Assembly: GCF_006345805.1 (NCBI RefSeq)
Contig: NC_043000.1
Span: 59,954,001-60,018,000, forward strand
Source: Octopus sinensis
Lineage: Eukaryota
Direction: 5' to 3'
Length of the DNA stretch: 64,000 nt
Numbering within the stretch: the first letter of the stretch is position 1; each line of letters opens with the position of its first letter. A program made the translations under genes and the position numbers. The notes below the pieces were generated by a model. It saw nothing but the letters and a program-made list of their open reading frames with translations. It was not told the DNA's origin and ran no database searches. Below, one piece after another: positions 39,216-52,488 of the stretch.

Positions 39216-40409
39216 CAATCCAACTAACAAATGTAATAAAATTGAAATTTTCAAAATGTACTTTTCAGAAATGAAAATATTTGTAAGAAATATACATGAA
39301 GATTTATAAACAGAATGCTGAAATATTTTGGTCTTTCGATAACAGTAAAATGAAGTGCATAAACCTGCAATAATCCATTGTTGGCAGTAAATCTACTCAA
39401 GTTTAGAGCAATTTGTTAAGCAAAAGAAGGAACAGGACAAACGTATTTACTACGATTTTTGGTAATATGTTGTTATACCACAAAAGAATCAGATCTGTTC
39501 CAGTAACTAAGAAGAAATGTAACAAAAGTAATTTTCTGAGAATTTACGTCAAATACTACAAAGGAAATCAAAGTAAAAATCTGGAGTTTATTTTTTTAGA
39601 GGTTGGAAAAGATATACAAAATTTCACAGACCAAAAATAAGATACTTAAAATAGATCTCTGATTCTTACCAAAATATGACAAGCAAGTATAAGAATATAA
39701 AATGCTTATGATATGTAATAAGCAAAGGAAAAATTATCAGGCATTACACTGATAAATATAAAAAGGTTAGTAAAGTGAATTTTTTTTTTCGTCACAAAGG
39801 CAGAAATGATGAATCGTACAACATATTATTGTTGTTTTAATGTCCATTTCTGAATTAATGACAACTTTTTCTAACTACTAAATATATGATTGTCCACCTT
39901 GCCCTAATGTAGATTCCTTGAAAGCTGAATATGCCTTAACCTTCAGATTGTTCCACAACAGACACAGATCATAGTCATTGGAAGTTTTGTTCTTTTCCTT
40001 CAAATTTTTTCTTCAAGATGTTCCGCTCATTTTTTCCCAAAGTATTCAGCTCCTTGTTGAACTGATTTTCTCTACTTTAGAAAATATGTCAGTTTGCCAA
40101 TTCCATCAATCATGTTGGTGAGGGTTAGCTACAACCTCCAGCCAATTTCTTGCTTTAGTTAAATTTGTGGAAATACTAATCCATATAAATTGTATATATT
40201 TCAGTTTGACTTTGATCATAAAACAAAAATTAACCCTATAAAAACAAATTATGAAGGGTTATGGAGAAATTCTTAGAAACAATTATTGTGACTCTAGGGA
40301 TCATAATTATATGTGGCATCTAATTCAGAATTAATTCTTTTGAAGAATTGCATCTCAAAGTGCATATAAAACAACTACTACTACTATTACTATTATTATT
40401 ATTATTATT

Positions 40410-40640
40410 CAAGGCAGCAAGCTGGCAGAATCATTGGCATGCTGGATGAAATGCTTAGTGTTTTTTTTTTGCCTGTCACTACATTCTGAGTTCAAATTCT
40501 GCAGAGGTTGGCTTTGCCTTTCATCCTTTCGGGATTAATAAATTGAGTACCAGTTAACACTGGTGTCATGTAATCAACTGTACCTCTCACTACCCCCTGC
40601 CCAAATTTCAGGCCTTGTGTCTATAGTAGAAAAGATTATT
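40410..40640 (+). mobile_element. SINE family B between (ATT)n tracts
   Basis: Family B consensus. Confidence 0.85.
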
Positions 40641-40669
40641 ATTATTGTTATTATTATTATTATTATTAC

Positions 40670-41140
40670 ACTCTGCTCAATGCAGAGCTGAAGATTTTCG
40701 CTATGGTGTTAGCCAAGAGGTAGGTGCTTGTCATGGACAAGCTGATTGGCAAGGCACAAACATGCGTCATCCTAACCAGGACTATTCGCAACAACCTCCA
40801 CCTCATGCACCTACATCATGAGGAGGGAGAGGGAAATGTTGTCTTATAGCAAATTTATTGAAAGGTGGATGATGTTGGAAAAATTCTGAGAATACACCAA
40901 TGTACCAATTCTGAGAATACACCTGTACAAAAGAATAAAAGTTGATCAGGCACCCGTAGCTTTTGTGAGTTTTGCTATGAATAGCCTTAAAGCACCTCCC
41001 CCTATTGGGAGTCTTAATTGTTTTTTCCTTGTTATTTTATTTGTATGTTCTAAAACCCTTTGTATCATTTTGCCATGTCCTTTAATGTATCTTTACATTA
41101 GCCCTTGTGGCCAACAAAAGAATTAATTATTATTATTTAT
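40670..41140 (+). mobile_element. Internally deleted Tx1/L1-clade LINE remnant (RT fragment + 3' end)
   Basis: TLLNAELKIFAMVLAKR*VLVMDKLIGKAQTCVILTRTIRNNLHLM matches the RT motif SLLNxDYKILAKVLAxRL..LI...QT.F..GR.I.DN of L1/Tx1; ends in (ATT)n. Confidence 0.75.
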
Positions 41141-41687
41141 AGCTTTATATATACTTCAAGATCTAATTCTAGAAAAAAGTTCTCTCACATTCTCTCAAAA
41201 GTTTATAAATTCCTATTACATTGAACAACAAAATTAAAGGTAATAAGGCAATAAAATACATTTGTTTGCTTGACCATCAAGAGAAGTCTTCAAAATATCC
41301 AGAATTTGTATTTATTTATGAGATTACAAGCTAAACTGTTGAAGCTATTCAAGTATTTCCACCTATCAACATAACATGTTTATGCGAGAAAAAGGAAACA
41401 TTAAAAAAATAAATCAATATACAGTAAGTTACAATAATCATTTTATCATATATGTTTATGCTTAAAGTAAGGTCAAGCTATAACCAATGCATACATGATT
41501 TAGTTAGAATATATTTGAAATTTACATCAAATTATGTCATTGAATTACTAATAGAAATAAAAAGCAATTTGAATGCCCACAAAAATAGTGCTCAGAAATA
41601 AAATCTGACTACTAAATCTTTCCAGGCTTCCTTGAGTTCAGACTGATTTCCAGCTTTCATTTATGTATAAACCAAGGTTTCTCTTAC

Positions 41688-41769
41688 AAAATGTCTAATA
41701 GAGAACTGTAGAACTTGACAACTGCAACAACTTGAATGACAAAAAGTTCAAAATGACAAGTAAAAGGTA
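41688..41769 (-). CDS. Candidate exon (82 nt, phase 1-2, PFTCHFELFVIQVVAVVKFYSSLLDI)
   Basis: Acceptor aaaatttatttcttcag|, donor TTT|gtaaga; phase follows 42267-42318. Confidence 0.3.
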
Positions 41770-42266
41770 CTGAAGAAATAAATTTTTTGATCAAGAAACT
41801 ATATAATTGTGTTTGTGAGAGAAAGTGAGAATGTGTGTGACAGAGGAAGAGAGATATTAGAACAAGAAAAAAAAAAAGTTACAGTACGTTCCAGTGAGAC
41901 AAGATAGAAAGAGGCAATATTTATTGATGTTGCATGGGAAACAGTAAGTAAGAGAGTGGAAAGTGTGGTGTTATTTTATGAACATTAGCAAATTCGATGA
42001 GTTGACAAAGGAAATGTCATTAAATTAGTTTATTAGCTCATTACAAAATCAAGCTAAAGAATGTATATAAGATGTAACAATTAGAAACTACAAGTAATCA
42101 AATCAAAATGACATTGGCCATTGCTTCTAGTCTTTTTGATGAGTTCAACAAAAATTACTGCAAGTCAACCAAATATTGATTTCTTAAAAAAATACACCAC
42201 TGAAAAGGGGAGGGAATTGGTCAATAGACCCAAGTATACTGTTGATATGAGTCATATTTTTTTTAC

Positions 42267-42318
42267 CTTTCATTACTCCAGAAATATCATCTATACCACA
42301 GTTGGAAAGTATCATTCT
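42267..42318 (-). CDS. Candidate exon (52 nt, phase 0-1, RMILSNCGIDDISGVMK)
   Basis: Acceptor aaatctacatctacag|, donor AAG|gtaaaa; phase follows 44378-44427. Confidence 0.35.
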
Positions 42319-42884
42319 CTGTAGATGTAGATTTACTATTTCTTTACCTCCATTCAAGCCTTAAAGAGTTTTTTTTTAACTTTTTTTAATGGTAATGACT
42401 TTACCAGAAGTGAAAGAGTAATACTTATAATCTTCACAGATCTCTGAGATTTGTGGGATAGGATAAAAAATGAGCAGAAACTGTGATTCATAGGCTGCAG
42501 AAAGAGGAAGAAGCACAATAAGATACTAAATAATCCTGAGACTGGAAACCTGTTCCAAATGTTTGCAACAGAGTGGACTTTGTGTTAAAGGCACCCAGTG
42601 TCAGATGGCAGTGGTGAACTTGATAATGGATTAGGTCTAGCTCTCAAGAATACTCATACTGCATTGAAATCCAACCAATGCAGCAAATTCAGAGAATGAA
42701 AGTAAAGAGACAGTAATGGGATAAAAAGATTGCAGGTTATCTGAAAGAGTATTTTAGGTAGTGTATATGGATTATACAATTATAATAAAGCTTTTACAAA
42801 GTTAACCACAAAGATATAAGCTTTGGGGTAAGGGGTAAATTTGTTTGAATCAATCCACTAAAAAGGAAAGGTAAAGTTATCTTC

Positions 42885-43122
42885 TTGAGTCATCCTGATT
42901 CATAAGGGCCAGTTTACCGGTTACCATGGTGTATAAGTTCTTCACCAACACGAGACGTTGGTCCATCACAGGATTAGTCACTTATGCCAACTGAATGGAC
43001 TGGAGCAGCATGAAATTAAGTGTTTTGCTCAAGAACACAATGTGTCACCTAGTCCAGGAATCAAAACCACAATCTTATGATCATGTGTCCAACACCCTAA
43101 CCACTAAGCCATGTGTCTCCAT
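42885..43122 (-). mobile_element. tRNA-derived SINE, family E
   Basis: Minus head GGAGACACATGGCTTAGTGGTTAGGGTGTTGGAC...GTTTTGATTCCTGGAC, then TGTGTTCTTGAGCAAAACACTT. Confidence 0.75.
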
Positions 43123-44377
43123 GAATCAACCCACAGCATGACTGCCACATGTCGTTGATAAAGAAAGGATAACAGTTTTCCTAGATGAAAATCAAACTCA
43201 GAAGATTATAACTAAATATTATGATGCCTTTAGTAGGATGCTCTGCTATTTCTAATACTTACTACTCTCTGATACTTTCATGATAATAAGTATTTCAATT
43301 TCAAACAAAGAAAAATGAAGATTATGGTTGATGCTAATATACTATCCTCTAGATATAATATTTTTAAAATATTTTAGAAAAATGAATAGATTTTAACTCA
43401 CAATATGATATATATAGATATATAATGACTTTTTGACTTAGGGATGACCTGATATATAAATCATAAAAAAATATTCTGTTTTATCTCAAAAGTACAGCTG
43501 AAATAAGAAAATATCAACATAAAATAAACACAGAAAGTGTAAGTTCTGAAAAGTGGTATTTGTATAAGGAGTGTACATATATATGTGTGTGTCGAAATAA
43601 AATACTTGCCATAAAATTTATCTAGAAAGTTGATTCTGGGTTCACTTAGGTCTACTTCACAGAGTTGCTCTTTGATAGGGATTCTCTATCTGTTTTGATT
43701 GTCAAAAAGTTTAATACAAAAATGCTTCTAAAACCCGACTTGTTGGCTTTTCATAAGAAACATTAGACAATTAGTCGTTAATTGGATTTGTATCTAAGCC
43801 TACTTTTAAAGTGATACCTTATACACTTGTTTTCTGTGTCAATAGCTACAAAAACCATTGTATAACATAACTACATTATTGGGGATTACATATTAGATAT
43901 CTCTAAATACGCTTTAAACAAAATAATAAAAGAAAGAAAGAAAAATTTATAGTATCAGAATTCTACACATGTTGCGATAAAAGAAATCAACAGTCTGACA
44001 CTTAAAATCTGAGAAACTGGTACTAAAAGGCTATACGTCAAATTGAAAGCTATAAAATAAACTAATAAAACTAGTCAACAGACTTTAATAGCCAAACTAG
44101 CATTGATAAAAAGGGTAGGCAAGATGAACCTACTAAAACAGAAAATAACTTCAGTTAATCCTAGAAGAGAGGTGTTTATTGCAAAAACCAAGTTATATAA
44201 TATATTCTAATGACAAAAATAAAAAAATACAACAATAATTTGTGATATAAATTTGGCAATTTCTATCAAAATATAGAGTTAAAAATTGTCTATCCCTACT
44301 TAATAGTTGTGTGGTTTCAACAATGATTTCTATATATTATGTTTCCTTTCATTTGTGTGTGTGTCTGTGTTGCTTAC

Positions 44378-44427
44378 ATGATAAGTATTTAGAAACCTTG
44401 AGAGAACATGAAATAATTTGATTTTAG
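44378..44427 (-). CDS. Candidate exon (50 nt, phase 1-0, (T)KIKLFHVLSRFLNTYH)
   Basis: Acceptor gtttttatttacttcaagttctacag|, donor CAT|gtaagc; single open frame, phase follows 50635-50702. Confidence 0.45.
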
Positions 44428-45126
44428 CTGTAGAACTTGAAGTAAATAAAAACTATAAATAACAGCATGTAAATATTGGGTTAAAAACTCCTTGAGATAG
44501 GAAAAGTCAAGACATACCATTTTCTTTTCAAAATTCATACTGTTGATATAATCAAGTCATTTCCTTTATATTAATTTATTTATCCATTTTTTAATTAATG
44601 TATTGCTTTATGAGATCAAGAGTTGTGGGTTAATGTCTTCTGCAGGTATTTCAATACATCTACATGTAGTAAGATCATACTTTAAAGGTATAGAGTTTAC
44701 CAATGTGTGAATACTAATAAATATACACTCTAGAATGTAAACTGACCAGTACTATTGTACTAGCCAAGATGAGATTTAGCTTATGTGTGCCGGACTCATA
44801 AATTAATAGCTAGCAATAGCTTTATGAAAAAGTTTCTATGGTATATAAAGCAAAAATGAACAGTGGTATTCAAGTAAGAGAATGTAAAATGATTTGATAG
44901 TAGCACTACTATATTCATTTATGATAAATCATAAAAGAATAGCACAAACTTTCAAACTTTATCCACTTCAAATTTGACTTAATAACAAACATTCCTTATT
45001 AAGAATTATATAGAATCTATAGATGCAGGTTAACCTCTTTGTGACCACCTTTCCAATGCAAAACACTGCCTTAAATAATTGGAAACTTGGAAGGGTTAGT
45101 GTAATAGGTGAAATAATTCTTTGATA

Positions 45127-45515
45127 GGTGCAGGTGTGGATGTGTTGTAAGAAGCTTGCTTCCCAACCACATGGTTCAAAGTTCAGACCCATTGTATGGC
45201 ACCTTGGGCAATCAAAGCCTTATGAGAGGATTTGGTAGACAGAAGCTGAAAGAATCCCATCATTTGTGTGTGTGCGTGTGTGTGTGTGTGTGTGTGGGTG
45301 TGTGTGCTTGCATGCATGTGTGAGTCTCTGTGCCTGTGTTTGTCCCCCACTACCACTTGACAACTAGTGTTGGTCATTTATTTTCCCATAACAGCGGTTC
45401 AGCAACAGAGACTGATAAAATAAGTACCAGGCTTAACAAAAAATAAGTGATTCATTTGACTAAAAGTTCTTCAAGGTGGTGCCCCAGCATGGCCACAGTC
45501 TAATGACAAAAAGAT
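45127..45515 (+). mobile_element. SINE family A
   Basis: Plus-orientation copy of the 12028-12419 family. Confidence 0.85.
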
Positions 45516-46312
45516 AACAGACACTTTGTAACCACCAAAATATTGTTTATATTTATATTTTGTTTATATATTATCATTTATATTTTGTTTGTATATATTA
45601 ACAAATGATTCTTGCATAAAATCTGATGGAATGTTTTTATTTAAACCAAGGTTTGAATCACAGAACCAAGGCAGTCAGACAGGTTGGCATCAAAAGAGTT
45701 AAGTGGCATCTGTCTGCCTTGTTAGCTGTATTTTATGTACTTCACTTTGGTCCAGGATAATATTTGTGCCAGCCCTACTATTTATATAGGTTAAATAGTA
45801 AAGCAGGCAGAGAACATAAGCAGTCTACAAAATCCATTTACCAAAAAGGTTAGTACAGCCAAATTCAATTAGGATAATAATATTTTATTTGTAGGGGTTG
45901 GAAAAAGAAGATATTTATTGCATGTGACTAAACCAAAAGTACTTCTAACTTGGGTGATGTATATAAAACCAAAAACAGACTTAGAATGTCAAACAAACAA
46001 TAAAATGTGAAAGAAACCATGAAATTTTCCCTGACACTTTTATTTAACATGGTTAATTCCTAGAAGAAGGTTAGGTAAATTGTTGAGGACATTTTTATAA
46101 CCGGCTGACCAAGCAAAATCTAATAAGAGAAACCACATTTGTTGGATAGTTTTGAACTTGATAATGCACTTGACTTGCATATAATTATCAGAAAGGTATA
46201 CACAAAAATGAATATATGAATATATATATATAATCAATATAGGGTGGCAAAAAATTTTGTAGAATTTTTTTGCCACCAGCGGCCTAGTGGGAAAAAATTA
46301 AATAGTCATAGA

Positions 46313-46356
<44 letters not shown>

Positions 46357-46786
46357 CGAGAGCGAGAGAGAGAGAGAGAGATAGGTAGGTAAATAGATGG
46401 ATGGATGGATATGAGTGTGTGTATATATGCGTATATGTATATTCATCACAAATACACACAACACATACATAATTAAATACACATGGGATACATAATTAAT
46501 TACTGTTAACCTAATTAAATAAATAGATTAATCTATCTGTAGTCAAATTTGTTTATATTTTACTGCATATGTGTGTGTGTGTGAGAAAGGAAGTGGAGAA
46601 ATCAAAACTATAAATATCCATATTGGCAACTCACACACATGTACATACACACATGTGTGTATTTGTAGACAGGCAAGAGTTCCATTTGACAGTACATTTA
46701 ATTTTTGATAAATTTGGTAAGTGATTACACAGTAAGCTCTTGGCCCTTCAGTCACTTATATGGTTTCACAACTATCAGTATTAAAG

Positions 46787-46821
<35 letters not shown>

Positions 46822-46824
<3 letters not shown>

Positions 46825-47760
46825 GTGGTAAATAGAAGACAGAAGATGGAAGATCTGAGAATTTTTATTAATCACGATAATTGTTTCAACACATCTAGCA
46901 TCGATCCCTTACAGGTGGGATACTTAACAACTGGTTCATGAGCATCCAATGGTGCAGATGTGTCTCGTCAGGTGATACATATATATAAGTTAAAATAACA
47001 GTTCTTCAATGTATCTTCTCATTTCATGTAAAGAAAAGCAGCGAAACAAAGGATATATCTTCATTTATATAGAAGATCAAAAATAAAATAACAGTTGCAA
47101 AAAAGAAATGAATTCACAATACAACAAGAAAAGTATTAAAAATAACCGTTAACGGATATGGATCTATAAACACCCTTGTGCAAGCAGCATAGCCATGTAC
47201 ACATGCTCATACAAGCATCTATGAAGATGTAAGCATATGCACACATGGGATTTGATGCACACATGGGGTTTGTTGCACACATGTTCACATAGCGAGTTAA
47301 ATAGTGTTTATAAGAATGGGGATGTTAAAGCTAAACTTAATTCATCCATACCTTAAAGTAAATTATGTTAGCAGTTACTCAAATTTATTCACACTGCATT
47401 GTGTGAAAGAACATGTAGGCATCTTTAGAGTCTTTCAAAAATTCTATTAATAATCTTCTCATTGGTACACAGAATAGACAGAAGTTCCTTGGAGCAGAGT
47501 TGGCATTTCCTGGAAATGATATTGTATGGTTTTGCATGCCTTACTATGGACCAAGTTATGTTATATTTAATTTTATCTTCCTTTAGTTGCCACACAAAGT
47601 TGGCCAAAGATGTTGAATGTCTCTTATTGATTCTCTTGGAGCTGGCAACATGGTTGCGATAATGATTCTTAAATGAATCAGCCGTTTGCCCAGTGTAAAT
47701 GTACAGCCCTCTCCTTGTGTACATGGTACATTTATATACAAGATTTGTACTCATACAGCT
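46822..47760 (-). mobile_element. Penelope-like element 3' remnant: GIY-YIG endonuclease + 3' region with hammerhead, ending in (TA)n
   Basis: ORF 47425-47778: CMSTNLVYKC..YIYTGQTADSFKNHYRNH..SK....STSLANFVWQLK...YNITWSIVRHAKPY....KCQLCSKE..IL....IINR, a PLE-type GIY-YIG; premature stop before a RCLH (KCRH-like) motif. Confidence 0.85.
46871..46976 (-). ncRNA. Type-I hammerhead ribozyme motif with enlarged stem/loop II, downstream of the PLE endonuclease
   Basis: AUCAC-CUGACGA-GACACAUCU..(long insert)..AGAUGUGUU-GAAAC-AAUU-AUC/GUGAU; perfect 5-bp stem I, 9-bp stem II, near-palindromic stem III ACAAUU(G>A)U. Confidence 0.8.
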
Positions 47761-47822
47761 CGAACATGAAACAGACATGATATTTTAGCTGGATACATCC
47801 AGTTTAAATGCTAAAGGGTTAA
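47760..47822 (-). mobile_element. piggyBac-like MITE terminus (TTAA-CCCTTTAGCATT) truncating the PLE; related pieces at 48063-48243 and 29700-29885
   Basis: ...AAATGCTAAAGGG-TTAA end; CCC/GGG termini with TTAA are the piggyBac signature. Classification is inference. Confidence 0.5.
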
Positions 47823-49342
47823 ACCATTTCTGCCACTGAAACACTTTAAGTGAAAACAAAAATGAAGAGTTGATGATGGAGCCATTATGTGGTCATTTAA
47901 CTTGCTAGAAATAGTAACCAAATTTCCCTCAAATTACCATCTACTATCTTAAAAAAAAGGACACTAGATAATATGGTTACCTACACATATGAAAAATAAA
48001 TAGGAAGGTCACAGCTAAAATTTCTTTGATTATAGGTCCACTTGATCAGTGCTGGCCAGGGGTGTTAACCTTTCAGCATTCAGATTACTCTCTCAAATGC
48101 AATGCTTATTTATTCACATTAATTTGAATTAATAATGAATTATTTTGTAGCTAAGAAATTTTCATGATGTGATTGCTTACATGTGGAATGATATTGTAGG
48201 ATAGGTGTGAGAGACCACATCTGGCCAGTTTTAACATAAAACATTTACTGATGGAGTGACGTAATGCTGGGAGTAATGCCTAATTTATTCTAAAATTTGT
48301 GTTGGCTGTGACTTCAAGTTTAGCCTTAGAACTTATTCAACCATTCTGATTGAATATATTTTTATAACCCAGTGTAGGTCATATAAATGACTACCTGTGA
48401 TTATATTGGTACTGCTAAGTAAACTAGAGTGTTCCCCATCATATGAATATGGCCAGTATTAAGCTAATTAGATTTGTTCAAATTGGGCCCTGCATTAAGA
48501 GAGGGCCCCCACACAAACATAGGACCCCATGCACATGCTAGAACAGATAAACACTGTGATGAATTTTTTGTATATCAAGCCTTCAATGATTTTTGGCTGT
48601 GACTGACCTACAACAAAAAGCATAAAATACCAATCTTCAGCTCTTGTAGAGTAGAGAGCCCTACTGACAATTCTCTAACTGGGCCCCACACTTACTTGCA
48701 CTGGCTCTACATATGACAAGTAACTTTGAAAGCATACTTTTGCCAACATGGGTAATAGCAGGAAGCATAGTGCACACACAATCATTATAATGTAACTTTT
48801 ATCAAATTTCTTGATGCTCACACAAGATAATGAAATGAATATTAATTTTCAAAAGAAAAATATTTATTACTTTAAAATGAAATGAATTTTAATTCCTCTT
48901 TTCCCATAACTGCCATGTCATTTATTCTACTCCTCCTTTGTCTCTATGATTCTTTCTCTCTTTTACTCTATGTGTATAATGTTTATTTACTGCCGATATG
49001 CTTCAAATGTGCACTCATCCTGCACCACTTAACTGGCTCTTTTACCCACTCTCTCTAACTTGCTTTGTATTATGTAAAGTGTAACTGGAGAAATCAACCA
49101 ACCAACATTTATAACAGCTATTATTATGTAGAGATATAAGGCAACAAGCTGGCAGAATCATTAGCACAACAGGCAAAATGCTTAGTGGTATTTTATCTGT
49201 GTTTATGTTCTGAGTTCAAATTCCACCAAGGTTGACTTTGTCTTCCATCCTTTCAGGGTCAGTAAAATAAGAATCAATCAAGTACAGGAGTCAATGTAAA
49301 CTGTTGGCCCTGCACCAGAGTTTGAAACTACTATTACACACA

Positions 49343-49373
<31 letters not shown>

Positions 49374-49959
49374 AGCATCTCTACATACTTCTATCAGTAG
49401 GCACCCAAACACTTTCCAAATCAACTGCTACTCTACAGGATAATGAAGGAGTTTCTATTTGGTCACTCAATCTACTAAAAATAGCAGTTGAATCTCCTTA
49501 AAATGCTATCCTCCCTTCTTAAAAAATAAGATAAGATAGAACATTGGGTAGTCCTAGATATATTGTGCTTGAAGAAAAGACAATGTCCATGGCTGGAATA
49601 TCTTTAGTTATATATATTTGCTCAATTAGGATTGACTTGGATCTAAATAACAACTTCCACTCTGCATGAATTATTGAGAGCCATTTTTGTTATTTTAAAT
49701 GCATGTAAATAAGGAAAATATTATAAAAATACATAAAATACATTGTTTTAATCTACTCAGCAAAAAGCCACAGCTGCTGATGGTAACAGAAACTCCAATT
49801 AAAATTTTCAGGAAGTTTCTTCACAGCTTAATTTCACAAATATCCTTAGTAATATAGCATCTATCTACTAGCATTTTTAACTGATCTGTGTTTAGAAAGT
49901 AACTTAAATATAAATATCCAATTTTGATTGAGCAGACTATGATTGAAAAGCACTCCAAT

Positions 49960-50100
49960 TGTGGCCACACCATCTTTTCCCCCATGTACAATGTAACAGG
50001 ACCATATTATCAAATTTGACCTTTTTCCAAGACTGTAAATTGGATTTAAGTGAGATTTAGTTGCTACTTCTAGCAATGAGTAACTATGTAGATGCTCTAT
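49960..50100 (+). repeat. Unclassified dispersed repeat (GATTTGAGGGAGATTTGGCTGCTATTTCTAG family); also approx. 2760-2965, 6410-6545, 35900-36065, 47880-48060, 49440-49640, 57990-58160
   Basis: Recurring degenerate motif on both strands. Confidence 0.7.
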
Positions 50101-50634
50101 TGTTGGCATGAAAATCAAATGTGATGTGAGGTAAAAATAAACTCCCTTAAAGGGGTTACTAATCTGCACAGCTTTGACTATCTTTACACAAAATACATAT
50201 ATAGTTTCAACTAGGCTTTCATTACTAGGTTTAGCCATTTCAGTACTTTCAAACTCATGAAGGTCACAAAAACATAGTGCTTTCCCAACCACTATATATC
50301 AGTCTTTATCACTTTCATAAGAAATCAATTTTCACAGATTAGGACTTGCAAGATGATATAAATGATGGTGATGTAATAGTAGTAATGACAATATCACCAT
50401 CACTATCAACAACAACAGAGATGCTGCTGTCAAAACCTAAATCAAATTTAAGGAAGACTATGGTTGCCTTCAATGTTGCTTATCAAATTGCTGCTTTTGT
50501 TTGATAAAGTTTTCATGGAAAGGAATTTGCTTTGTCTTTATAAATTTTCATCAGTGGTTAATAAACTATGCTGTCTATTTTCTGTCTTTATCTTGATTTG
50601 TATTTTTACTTCAGGGAGGGTAACAGTTTCTTAC

Positions 50635-50702
50635 TTGCTCTTGGCATTTCAGAAGCAATGTTTTGTTTTAGTTTTATATCCAAGTGGCTGTCAACTAAGT
50701 GC
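50635..50702 (-). CDS. Candidate exon (68 nt, phase 2-1, HLVDSHLDIKLKQNIASEMPRA)
   Basis: Very strong acceptor ttttttttcttcttcttttttttcaccag|, donor CAA|gtaaga; single open frame. Confidence 0.6.
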
Positions 50703-52136
50703 CTGGTGAAAAAAAGAAGAAGAAAAAAAATCTCTATCAGCTGATGACACACTGCTTGGAAATTATCAGAGCACTAAAGTAACTTGGTGGAAATCAAGTA
50801 GTTTTAAAATTAAAGTGGTGTATAAAAAGTACACTGGTTCAGTATACTACAAACCAGCTATACTTCAATATTGGACTCCTGTCACACAATACTGAATTTG
50901 TAATATGGTCATTTCCACACATGCACACACCCCTGCCCCCCCCCCATACATACGAATTAATTTCAAGTGAAAGTATAGTGCACATAAGTTATTCTTGACA
51001 CATTTTGACACAGTTAATAATAGAGTTAAATGTAGTGTTGGTGCCAATGGGAATTGAAATCGGATATTGCAATTAGTTCGCTTATGTTATTAATGACTTT
51101 TAAAATGGTATATGTATTGTGACTTTCCAGATATTTTGAATAATAGATGTTCCAGATCTTTAGTGCAACACTGAAGGTTTATGTTTTTATATAGTTTGAA
51201 TACATAAACAAGTCAATGGCTAAGAAGTTTGTTTCACAAGTACAAGTTTCCAGGTTCAATTCCTTTATATGGCATTTTGGCCAACTGTCATTTTCTATAG
51301 CCTTGGGTCAACCCATACCTTGTAAGGGAAACTAAGTAGAGGCAAACACAATATAAGCACAGCTTTGTCACACATGATCAAACAACTTAATTCTGGTTGT
51401 CAAATGATGGAGATCCACTGTGTAGCTCTTGTCAAATTAAATTCATGGAACATTTTGGGTTAAGTACTGCATGTGTAGCAAATACTTGCCAGTCATACAG
51501 TGTCTAAGTTACATGGAGTAACAAAGTGCATGTCCTTGTGACACTCATTTACAACTAACAGAAATTGATAATTGAGCATTACCATAAGATGCACTGCAAA
51601 TTTAGCTTTAAAAGTTTGAGGAAAAATTATGATAAATATAAAAACAAGGTCTCCTACTTTCACATAGTTTTTTATGTCATGGAGGTATGCTAAGTTTATT
51701 TTATATAATCTTTCTCTGGAGTTAAAACTGGCTTATGAAAAATATAACCTTTGTCCCTTTGGAAACTCGGTAATTTTTTTTAGATTTATTTTTTAAAGAA
51801 AAAAAAATAGTAACCCTATGCCAAGAAATATAGTAAATAGTTTTCTAAGGACACAATGGTGAGAAGTTACAAACCAACAATACTTCAAGCTAATAGGTTA
51901 GTTTCTACCAAGTGAATCTGCTCTGACTATCAAGTGGAAGTAAAAGAAATAAAAATGTCCATGAAAGTTAACTTATATCATCAGAAGTGTACTTCCTATG
52001 ATAGAGTTAGCTTATAATGGTTTGGAATAAAGTAACAATGTTTAAATAAAAATGACCAAACAGTTCTATATTTAGGAGAAGAGGAATTATGTACATTATT
52101 TACATTCAACGGATATTTGTCATCTTGTTGGTTGTT

Positions 52137-52182
52137 AACACAACTTTTCGGCTGATATACCCTCCAGCCTTCTTCAGGTGTC
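52137..52182 (-). ncRNA. Minimal type-I hammerhead motif (left arm; C15.2>A)
   Basis: GACAC-CUGAAGA-A-GGCUG[GAGGGUAUAU]CAGCC-GAAAA-GUU/GUGUU. Confidence 0.75.
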
Positions 52183-52442
52183 TTGGGGTAATTTCGAACC
52201 TGGGTTATCATTCCTAGGGTATTTTTCGTTGTTGTTGTTGGTATTATTATTGTTGTTGTTGTTGTTGTTATTGTTCAGGTCACTGCTTGGAATTGAACTC
52301 GAAATTTTGGAGTTAAGAGCATGGGCTACTAACCCCAAGATGCCCTGCTCGATTCCAGGCAGTGTCCTGAACAACAACAGCAACAACAACAACATCGAAA
52401 AATACCTTAGGAATGAGAACCCAGGTTCTAAAATTTCTACAA

Positions 52443-52488
52443 GATTCCTGAAGAAGGCTGGAGGGTATATCAGCCGAAACAATGTGTT
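52443..52488 (+). ncRNA. Minimal type-I hammerhead motif (right arm; cleavage triplet decayed to AAU)
   Basis: GAUUC-CUGAAGA-A-GGCUG[GAGGGUAUAU]CAGCC-GAAAC-AAU/GUGUU. Confidence 0.7.

Noticed and set aside
46890-46960. SECIS-like AUGA-N10-AA...GA inside HHR loop II
   Set aside because: The helix II strand ACCAGUUGUU has no complementary partner before the 3' GA, and there is no in-frame UGA in the endonuclease remnant.
49861-50292. Longest non-microsatellite ORF (143 aa, minus)
   Set aside because: It runs through a copy of the dispersed GATTTGAGGGAGATTTGGCTGCTATTTCTAG repeat (49960-50100), has a poor acceptor and no recognisable motif.
50738-50775. CTGATGA...GAAATTATC and CTGACGAAGATTC (63144) as hammerheads
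   Set aside because: Stem II and/or stem I cannot be formed.
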